Source: Owenia fusiformis | Taxonomy: Eukaryota | Length of the DNA: 64,000 nt | Direction: 5' to 3' | Assembly: GCA_903813345.2 (NCBI GenBank) | Contig: CAIIXF020000001.1 | Coordinates: 8,370,001 to 8,434,000, forward strand | Shown here: positions 1 through 9,795 of the stretch, one piece after another | Position numbering within the stretch: the first letter of the stretch is position 1 | Layout: each line of letters starts with the position of its first letter | Translations under genes and position numbers: made by a program | The notes under the pieces: model-generated | Seen by the model: the letters and a program-made list of their open reading frames with translations, nothing else | Told to the model about the DNA's origin: nothing | Database searches by the model: none

Positions 1-1958
1 CATTCTTGAATGTGTAATAACAAGTTAACTGACTCATTGAGCTATTGTTTTTATAAACATATCAGCAACATCCTTTTCTTATTTAATCATTAGATTTAGA
101 CTCTTGATTAGAATTATAATCTCATTATTAAAATTAACATTGATATAATTCAAATAAATTCACTAACTACAGGTATTACTTTAATTCTTGTGACTCTTCA
201 AGTCTTTGATGTCTAAGAAATAATAAAATCATGTCTGGACTATATTTTAACATATTGATTACATGTATTTGTATCCTTTTAATACAGCAGACACATCCTG
301 TTATTCTTTAATATTAGTCTCATAATAAGATTAGTCAGTTCAGTCAAAATAATCTTCAGTTTAGAGTAACTAATTTTAAATACTTTGTTTTATATTCATG
401 CAAACTTCTGATCTACCTAAATAGAAAAGTCGAGCATCAATCCCGGGAGCATCATTCATTTGCCTCTAATCCTTATGTCATTTTACTGAAATATTTTGTA
501 AAGAATCTCCCTATGCTTCGATCATACAACATTCTCATATTTGCGATATGCATAATGGAATATTTGAAAGAAGATGCTTAAAACAATTTAGATGCCAGAA
601 TAACAGGTATAGCACTGGCTTATCATGTTCGGTATATCCTAAAATATTTTATGGCAACCATTAACCCTTTTTACCCCTATTAACAATATGGTAATCTTAA
701 ATCATATCAATGTGAATGTCCTGCTTCTCCATAGTTTCATGAACACCTTAACCACACTTTTTCATTATGAGGAGAAACTATGGGAAGATGTTTCTTGGAA
801 CTGTGGAAGAAATACCAGTGGGGTCCACACTTTTATGTGTGTCAAAACAGGTGGCCACAACCACACTTTTACATATCTTGAGTGGTAAAAATGTGGTTAA
901 AAAAGGTCATCTTTTAACCACATGAGGAGAAAACAAGCGTTTTTTCTTAAGGGTGACCCACAAACAATGTAGGTCAGGAGTGCAATAGGTGTGGGGGTAT
1001 TTAGGTGTACTTTAGTACCTTGTGGAGAAGTACAACTAATCTATCTGTCTATTGCATGAAGAACATCTTAAGTACCCCTCACCTATTGCTTAAAAGCACA
1101 TCAAAAATATGCCCATCTACGTGTAGTAAGAGTAACTACAAAATATGCAATAAATGCAGGTTATAGTGTTGGGACTTAAACTAAAAATCCAACTCATGTC
1201 AGAATTGACCTCTAATCTGAATTAGTTAAGAACTGTTTAAACTGACAGCATGCTCAATGTTTTGTTTTCCTGAAGATCTGAAGTTTTGAGTCCTTATTTA
1301 ACAGAACCTTCCCAGGCTATTCATTAAAAGAGACAAAACATCGCCTTTGAGAAATGAACACAAGAACCAAGGTAACATGATTCAAGTCCAATGATGTCAT
1401 AAAGAAAATAAAACAGCAACTAATCTGCATAGTGACTGTAACCATGTAGAACAGCATCCTTATAGTGATGTCATAAGCATTAGAACAACATATTGAAAAT
1501 GACATAATAAACATCTATTGTTTAGAATTTGGAGTTCTTTATGACATCACACTTGTTGTGACCATAGTTACAAACTTTTGTTATTGATACATAATCTGTA
1601 ACTATTTGGATCATTCTGAATCTTGACTTGAAACTGAAAACAGTTCTGGAGACGTTGAGGACAGACAATCAAGAAAAAGATTATCAATAAAAATTAAATT
1701 CGCAAAGTATCTAGGATGCTTTTTGGTCTCGTTATAGAGGTCCATGTGGCCCATATGTTGTTTGGAGAAAAGATAGACGACTCTAAAGAAAAGAAACTAA
1801 AGAAAGGTAAATTGAAATCGTATGACAAAAATTTTGCCAGACACACAAAAATTGGCATTTTATTTTTACAATGTGAGACATATTTCAACACTGTTTCATT
1901 AGCACTGAATAACAACTTGAAAGCCTTCTTATACTCAGAAAAACCTTTACACCTATCC

Positions 1959-2135
1959 CAGGGCTGTCAACTTGGGACCACCTAATATGAGTGACTTACA
2001 AATGTTGGACACCGAAGTCCAAATCTGAACACTTTTGTCCAAATTTTGAACACCTTTGGGCCAAAGTTTGAGCACCTTTGCTAAACTTTTATCACCTCAA
2101 ATTTTTCGCGCTCGCTACGCTCGCGTTGTCATCAA

Positions 2136-2170
<35 letters not shown>

Positions 2171-2446
2171 AGGTACGAAAATTTCCAATGAACATGCGTG
2201 ACATATACGGGATTCGCGTGACAAATCCGAACAAATTGCGTTCGTTTTTTTTCCCACGTTCGTATTTTTACCGTATCATAAACATATTTTGAAAATTTTT
2301 TTACAGGAACATATTTGCGTGACAATTACCAGGTAAAATGCGTATTTGCGTGACATTTTGTGTCACGCAAAAAAAACTGGCGTGACTTCAAATTCTTCAG
2401 CAAATGCGTGACAAATACGCAAATTGCGGGACAGTTGACAGGCCTG
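1959..2446. mobile_element. Non-autonomous TIR element (MITE, CAGG termini) with internal poly-G tract
   Basis: 14-bp TIR CAGGGCTGTCAACT / AGTTGACAGGCCTG (1 mismatch). Flanked by direct repeat CTATCC at 1953-1958 and 2447-2452. Repeated GCGTGACA subterminal motifs. Confidence 0.75.
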
Positions 2447-2994
2447 CTATCCAGTTGAGAATACGGCGTTATGTATTTCAATGTGTCTATGACATACATT
2501 ATTCAGAGAAGGTAATCTTTCCTGTATGATCATGATCATAAACAGACAGTTTACTCGATTCCATTTCATCATAAACTCTTATCATCTTATCTTATCTCAC
2601 TCTCATCTCACTTATTTTCAGACAATATTAAATACCAACTATTGAGAAGTAAACAGAGGTTAGCCAAGTTGACTGAAGTCAACAAAGTCTACAATGAACA
2701 AATCAACAAGCTAAAAGGAGAAATTGATGCTCTTAGAGAATGCATTAATTTCCAAAAGAACCTAATCAACGATAGGCAACAAGAATTTGAACATTTAGAG
2801 TCTGTAAATGGAGTGTGCCACTGCAACGAGTGTATAGAAACTGACATTAAAGCCAATATAAGAGCTGATAGAAGATCTGTGAAGAAGTGTAACACAACAG
2901 AAGAACTCTGGATGGAGTGATGACACAGGCTATTAATGAAACACTCAACTTAGGCCAACCACTGAAGCAGTTATGTTTAACAACTGGATGTAAA

Positions 2995-3416
2995 ATAGAT
3001 TCAGGCGACCTTTATAGGCATCAGAAGAGTGGAGATAGACTCAGGTGACCTATTTATAGGCATCAGATAAGAGTGGAGATAGACTCAGGTGACCTATTTA
3101 TAGGCATCAGATAAGAGTGGAGATAGACTCAGGTGACCTATTTATAGGCATCAGATAAGAGTGGAGATAGACTCAGGTGACCTATTTATAGGCATCAGAT
3201 AAGAGTGGAGATAGACTCAGGTGACCTATTTATAGGCATCAGATAAGAGTGGAGATAGACTCAGGTGACCTATTTATAGGCATCATTTATGAGCAGAGAT
3301 AGACTCGGGTGACCTATTTATAGGCATCATTTATGAGCAGAGATAGACTCGGGTGACCTATTTATAGGCATCATTAATAAGCAGAGATAGACCCGGGTGA
3401 CCTATTCATAGGCACC
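2995..3416. repeat. 44-bp tandem repeat, about 9.5 copies
   Basis: Unit GGAGATAGACTCAGGTGACCTATTTATAGGCATCAGATAAGAGT recurs at 3031, 3075, 3119, 3163, 3207, 3251, with diverged copies at both ends. Confidence 0.95.
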
Positions 3417-4380
3417 AAACAATAGTTCTTGCAATCACATCACTTTTCTTATATGAAGATAATTCTCATTCAATAAATGCATATACTATATGGGAAAATT
3501 ATTTCTTCTTACATAATGCAAGAGATGTGGTGATGTCCCCAGATATTTTTGCAACATGTTTCAAATATTTTTTTGCAAAAAACATCTCAATATTTCATTC
3601 TTTGACAGGCAGACAGAATTTAATAGGGTGGCTTAGCCTTTACCAAAATCAATGATGAGATAAAAACCTACAAAGGATTTGAATTCAAACTTGGACCTCT
3701 CAGATTAAAGTATAGAGTACCTCATCCACTGCAGTGGATTCGCTAGAATTTCTCACAACAGGCTAAATAACTGAAAACAACAGGCAAAATAATGGAAATC
3801 ATAAATTTAACAGGGAAAAGTTGAAAAGCCCCTAAAAACAATAGCTGATTTTGTGAAAACAACTGTTGAAAATCGCCTGTTGCCTGCTGCTAATGAAACC
3901 CCTGCACTGTATAATATATTTAGGTTGTATACAATTGGTGAGGGCCTTGATTTTAATATTATCGATAGCGATAATTTCAGTTTTATCATGGGCTTTCATT
4001 CTTTCAAGAGAGCTTTCATCAAAACGATCGCTTTTTAGTATAGCTAAAACATTTTTGAAATTCGGTTATTTTACTACAAACACAGGCCCCTAGTGAACTA
4101 GGTGAAAAACAATGAACTAAAGCTGAAAGATCGCAATGTTCGCTACTTTGTTCAATTCCGGAAATCTCCAAGGGGCTGCAAATGGCAAATGTTTTAGATT
4201 TAGATTTTATAACCTCAGAATGCTGCCTTCAGTGTCGTGTTTGGCTGAGTTCCACAATGTAACCTACAGTAGTAGTAGTCCAATGGATGACATAGAACAA
4301 ACTGGTAAGTAGACACATGGTAACATCATATCATTTCGTTATTTTAACCATATGAACTGGTTACCAGAATAAGGGATTTG

Positions 4381-4620
4381 ACTCTATATTACGATTTGAA
4401 CATGAAAACTCACCAAAATGTTTCGAATATTCATCATGGTTTGCCATTACTAGGTTAGTATGTATCCAACAGACCGAATGTATTATTATATTGAATATTT
4501 ATTCAGACGAAGGATACAGTCTAATTACTAGGTATTGATCGTGAATATACCCCGGGTGAAATGTTGACTTTGTTTACAGTTTATAGAAGGCGTGAATACA
4601 GTCATGTTCGAATACCTGGT
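4381..4620. repeat. Dispersed repeat fragment (inverted relative of 48155-48560)
   Basis: 4381-4450 is the approximate reverse complement of 48285-48355, and 4572-4617 of 48157-48205. Confidence 0.6.
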
Positions 4621-5565
4621 AATGCTAATTTCATGTGTGCCCTGTAGGTTGAAACATATATAATCCATACTCAAATATTATCGCTAATAGATCTAGCGAA
4701 GTTTATAATTGATAAAAGTGATTTTCCACATGAACAATGGTCACATCAGCTGGAGGTCCATCATATTAGTTCTTGTCATCTAATCCCTGGAACCAATCAT
4801 TGAAGTTTTAAAAGCAGTGGGCTATTCTCTTCACCTCTCCTACCATAGGGAGATTAGACCAGAGAAAGCAATGCAATGAAATCTCCATGGTGGGCGATAA
4901 TAGATAAAAATAGTAAAATACTACTCACTAATTCAGTGGTTGGCCTATATTTTGTTATAAATTCAGGGGGAATTGTTTCCTCTGGTGTCCATAGTCGCCT
5001 GTTGTCGACAGGCATTGTCACAATAATTTTACTTTCCTGAAATAATGTGAATTTGTCTACTTTTGAATATTTTTAACTTTGTAAAACGCTCCCGGATGTA
5101 GGTCAATTAACAAATGTGGTACGAAAGAACAATTATAACCAGATACGATATTGTAACAAAATTTTGAATTTTTTATTTTTTATTTAGTGCTGTGTACTCG
5201 CTATTGTACATTTATTACACTTGATTTGTGTTTCCCATGTGAGATCATTAAGATCGTAACGTGTAGCAATGTTTGCAGTACTTTAGTTGTAGTTACAGGG
5301 GTGAAATAGCGTTTTCATGACTTCGAATTGGGATTTAATTTATGTTGATCGGGTAGTCGATCGGGTACTTTAAATGGAGGTCACTTTTTGGAATTTACTT
5401 CCTGCTTCTTATTCTATCGAACCGAAGTAAAACTAGAGTAAGTAGCGATCAATTACTGTTAGATTTATTAAGTTCCAATTATTATCTTGTTGTGTGAGCA
5501 ATATTAAAGCGGAATATGGCGTCAATAACTTGTTATTTAACTTTGAAATCTTGTTCGTAAAGTGA

Positions 5566-5587
5566 TGACGTCACCAAGCCTATAAAA
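5566..5587 (+). promoter_or_regulatory. Putative LTR promoter: CRE palindrome plus TATA box
   Basis: TGACGTCA at 5566-5573 and TATAAAA at 5581-5587; same motifs at 13319-13340 in the 3' LTR. Confidence 0.6.
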
Positions 5588-5679
5588 GTATTTCGCCGAT
5601 GTAAACTCGGCAGATTACAGCAAGCTTTTGACTGGGACAGAGCTCCGTTCGAAATATTTTGTGATTTCTAACAATTTTG

Positions 5680-6640
5680 ATTTTGTTGGACTTTGACATT
5701 TTCTGTACATGATAACTTCGACTTAGAATGTTTCTGACTGGCACTTGGGAATATTCTCTGACTTTGTTTCTGTTCACATGTACCTGGCTGTAGACGAATC
5801 TACTTGAGGTTAAACTTGGACAAAATCAATTTTGTTGGACTTATGCCTTTTATCTGTAGATGATAACTTAGACTTGGGATATTTTCATACTTTGAAATAT
5901 TCTTTGACTTTGTTTCGTGATACATCTACCTAGTAGGACTTATGCATTTTAGCTGTAGATGATAACCTAGACTTGGAATATTTTCATACTTTGAAATATT
6001 CTTTGACTTTTTTCTGTGATACATCTACCTGGAGTTGGAGTTGTACATTTTTCTGTAGATGATAACTTGGACTTAGAATATTTTAATCAATTTTTAATAT
6101 TCTTTGACTTTGTTCTGTGATACATCTACCTAGTTGGACTTATACATTTTTCTGTAGATGATAACTTGGACTTAGAATATTTTAATCATTTTTAATATTC
6201 TTTGACTTTGTTCTGTGATACATCTACCTGGAGTTGGACTTGTACATTTTTCTGTAGATGCTAACTTGGACTTAGAATATTTTAATCATTTTCAATATTC
6301 TTTGACTTTGTTCTGTGATACATCTACCTGAAGTTGGACTTGTATATTTTGCTGTGGATGCTAACTTGGACTTCGAATATTTTAATCATTTTTAATATTC
6401 TTTGACTTTGTTCTGTGATACATCTACCGGGAGTTGGAGTTGTACATTTTGCTGTAGATGCTAACTTGGACTTAGAATATTTTAATCATTTTAAATATTC
6501 TTTGACTTTGTTCTGTGATACATCTACCTGGAGTTAGACTTATACATTTTAGTCGTTTATACTAACTTGGACTTAGAGTATTTCTTACTCACACTTTGAA
6601 ATATTCTTCGACTTTGTTCTATTTGAAGTTTGACTTAGAT
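5680..6640. repeat. ~98-100-bp AT-rich tandem array inside the 5' LTR (about 8-9 units)
   Basis: Unit approximately GATACATCTACCTGGAGTTGGACTTGTACATTTTTCTGTAGATGCTAACTTGGACTTAGAATATTTTAATCATTTTTAATATTCTTTGACTTTGTTCTGT. Confidence 0.92.
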
Positions 6641-6654
6641 AATTTATTGTGAAA

Positions 6655-9360
6655 CTTCCTCACTGAAGACGTTCCAGTTGACTTTGTCGAACGGACTCAC
6701 TGAGGCTGGGTCTTTATTTCAGCGACTGTCGAACGGACTTCCTGTAGAAGAGGATCCATTGGACTTACCCAGAGGAGGCTACCTGAGGGAGAAGAGGATC
6801 CACTGGACTTAGCTGAAGAGGCTACCTGAGGGAGAAGAGGATCCATTGGACTTAGCCAGAGGAGGCTACCTGAGGGAGAAGAGGATCCACTGGACTTAGC
6901 TGAAGAGGCTACCTGAGGGAGAAGACGTTCCAGTTGACTTTGTCGAACGGACTCACTGAGGCTGGGTCTTTATTTCAGCGACTTTGTCGAACGGACTTCC
7001 TTAGGAAGAGGATCCATTGGACTTAGCCAGAGGCTACCTGAGGGAGAAAAGGATCCATTGGACTAAGCCAGAGGAGGCTACCTGAGGGAGAAGAGGATCC
7101 ACTGGACTTAGCTGAAGAGGCTACCTGAGGGAGAAGAGGATCCATTGGACTTAGCCAGAGGAGGCTACCTGAGGGAGAAGAGGATCCATTGGACTTAGCT
7201 GAAGAGGCTACCTGAGGGAGAAGACGTTCCAGTTGACTTTGTCGAACGGACTCACTGAGGCTGGGTCTTTATTTTAGCGACTTTGTCGAACGGACTTCCT
7301 GAGGAAGGTGATCCATTGGACTTACCCAGAGGAGGCTACCTGAGGGAGAAGAGGATCCACTGGACTTAGCTGAAGAGGCTACCTGAGGGAGAAGAGGATC
7401 CATTGGACTTAGCCGGAGGAGGCTACCTGAGGGAGAAGAGGATCCATTGGACTTCACCGGAAGAGGCTACCTGAGGGAGACGTTCCAGTTGACTTTGTCG
7501 AACGGACTCACTGAGGCTGGGTCTTTATTTTAGCGACTTTGTCGAACGGACTTCCTGAGGAAGGTGATCCATTGGACTTACCCAGAAGAGGCTACCTGAG
7601 GGAGAAGAGGATCCATTGGACTTAGCCAGAGGAGGCTACCTGAGGGAGAAGACGTTCCAATTGACTTTGTCGAACGGACTCACTGAGGCTGGGTCTTTAT
7701 TTTAGCGACTTTGTCGAACGGACTTCCTGAGGAAGGTGATCCATTGGACTTACCCAGAGGAGGCTACCTGAGGGAGAAGAGGATCCACTGGACTTAGCTG
7801 AAGAGGCTACCTGAGGGAGAAGAAGATCCATTGGACTTACCCAGAGGAGGCTACCTGAGGGAGAAGAGGATCCATTGGACTTAGCCAGAGGCTACCTGAG
7901 GGAGAAGAGGATCCATTGGACTTAGCCAGAGGAGGCTACCTGAGGGAGAAGAGGATCCATTGGACTTAGCTGAAGAGGCTACCTGAGGGAGAAGACGTTC
8001 CAGTTGACTTTGTCGAACGGACTCACTGAGGCTGGGTCTTTATTTTAGCGACTTTGTCGAACGGACTTCCTGAGGAAGGTGATCCATTGGACTTACCCAG
8101 AGGAGGCTACCTGAGGGAGAAGAGGATCCACTGGACTTAGCTGAAGAGGCTACCTGAGGGAGAAGAGGATCCATTGGACTTAGCCGGAGGAGGCTACCTG
8201 AGGGAGAAGAGGATCCATTGGACTTCACCGGAAGAGGCTACCTGAGGGAGACGTTCCAGTTGACTTTGTCGAACGGACTCACTGAGGCTGGGTCTTTATT
8301 TTAGCGACTTTGTCGAACGGACTTCCTGAGGAAGGTGATCCATTGGACTTACCCAGAAGAGGCTACCTGAGGGAGAAGAGGATCCATTGGACTTAGCCAG
8401 AGGAGGCTACCTGAGGGAGAAGACGTTCCAGTTGACTTTGTCAAACGGACTCACTGAGGCTGGGTCTTTATTTTAGCGACTTTGTCGAACGGACTTCCTG
8501 AGGAAGGTGATCCATTGGACTTACCCAGAGGAGGCTACCTGAGGGAGAAGAGGATCCACTGGACTTAGCTGAAGAGGCTACCTGAGGGAGAAGAAGATCC
8601 ATTGGACTTACCCAGAGGAGGCTACCTGAGGGAGAAGACGTTCCATTGGACTTAGCCGGAGGAGGCTACCTGAGGGAGAAGAGGGTCCATTGGACTTCAC
8701 TGGAAGAGGCTACCTGAGGGAGACGTTCCAGTTGACTTTGTCGAACGGACTCACTGAGGCTGGGTCTTTATTTTAGCGACTTTGTCGAACGGACTTCCTG
8801 AGGAAGGTGATCCATTGGACTTAGCCAGAGGAGGCTACCTGAGGGAGAAGAGGATCCACTGGACTTAGCTGAAGAGGCTACCTGAGGGAGAAGAGGATCC
8901 ATTGGACTTAGCCAGAGGAGGCTACCTGAGGGAGAAGACGTTCCAGTTGACTTTGTCGAACGGACTCACTGAGGCTGGGTCTTTATTTCAGCGACTTTGT
9001 CGAACGGACTTCCTGAGGAAGGTGATCCATTGGACTAAGCCGGAAGAGGCTACCTGAGGGAGAAGAGGATCTATTGGACTAAGCCGGAGGAGGCTACCTG
9101 AGGGAGAAGAGGATCCACTGGACTAAGCCGGAAGAGGCTACCTGAGGGAGAAGACGTTCCAATTGACTTTGTCGAACGGACTTCCTGAGGAAGGTGATCC
9201 ATTGGACTTAGCCGGAGGAGGCTACCTGAGGGAGAAGAGGATCTATTGGACTTAGCCGGAGCAGGCTACCTGAGGGAGAAGAGGATCCACTAGACTTAGC
9301 CGGAGGAGGCTACCTGAGGGAGAAGAGGATACACTGGACTTAGCCGGAGGAGGCTACCTG
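6655..9360. repeat. Composite purine-rich tandem array inside the 5' LTR (43/44-bp units interspersed with ~85-bp units)
   Basis: Short unit GAGGATCCATTGGACTTAGCCAGAGGAGGCTACCTGAGGGAGAA, roughly 40 copies. Long unit GACGTTCCAGTTGACTTTGTCGAACGGACTCACTGAGGCTGGGTCTTTATTTTAGCGACTTTGTCGAACGGACTTCCTGAGGAAG, about 11 copies. 771-bp higher-order duplication (identical ORFs at 7269 and 8040). Confidence 0.95.
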
Positions 9361-9733
9361 CACGAGACAAGATACTGGTCCTTGTATGGAACTGGATGTT
9401 CTTTTCATCGCTTTGATTGTGTGACTTCAATCCAATCCCACAATTGATGTTTATATGTATAGACTCACAGTGAATAATAATAACAATAACAACAACAACA
9501 ACGAACATTGGTTCTATTCAAGTTTATTGCAAGGACATTTTGCTATTTGATGTACACAATTTTGGGCCTACAGACGCCACAATATATCGTTTGTTGTGTA
9601 ATAAATATAATTGAATGTTCTGTTGAATCTTTGGTGCAAACACATTTAACGTGTGTCACGTAACCCACAAGGTATACAGAGGTCTATTAGTCCACACTAC
9701 CATAATATCCACAAAAGGGCCTAACTGTTACAC

Positions 9734-9752
9734 TGGCGGCAGCGGTGGGATT
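9734..9752 (+). promoter_or_regulatory. Primer-binding site, tRNA-Leu type
   Basis: TGGCGGCAGCGGTGGGATT, 1 nt after the LTR end. Complementary (one mismatch) to the 3' end of eukaryotic tRNA-Leu(AAG/UAG), ...AATCCCACCGCTGCCACCA, as recalled. Confidence 0.8.
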
Positions 9753-9795
9753 GATATTGTTTCCAAAGACGAACCAGAACTAGAGAATTTACAAG

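Larger units (their letters stand above)
5152..9732 (+). repeat. 5' LTR (4581 bp)
   Basis: Near-identical direct repeat of 12905-17585; offset 7753 at the start and 7853 at the end. Confidence 0.96.

Noticed and set aside
2136-2169. Poly-G tract encoding poly-Pro in ORF 2092-2325
   Set aside because: Homopolymer inside a MITE; non-coding and of unreliable length.
1716-2920. Possible gene remnants (ORF 1716-1985 and coiled-coil ORF 2642-2920 after an acceptor at ~2621)
   Set aside because: No recognisable domain. I could not join the pieces in frame even after removing the MITE. 2642-2920 could still be a terminal exon of an unknown gene.
7269-8228. Ser-rich minus-strand ORFs (KSNGSSSPSGSLL...) and their copies at 15122-16081
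   Set aside because: Translations of 43/44-bp repeat units that are not multiples of three; frames shift and stop regularly.
6655-9360. CRISPR-like or hammerhead-ribozyme (retrozyme) array
   Set aside because: No unique spacers and no cas genes in a eukaryotic context. CTGAAGA/CTGAGGA matches the CUGANGA core, but I found no following GAAA box or three-stem arrangement.
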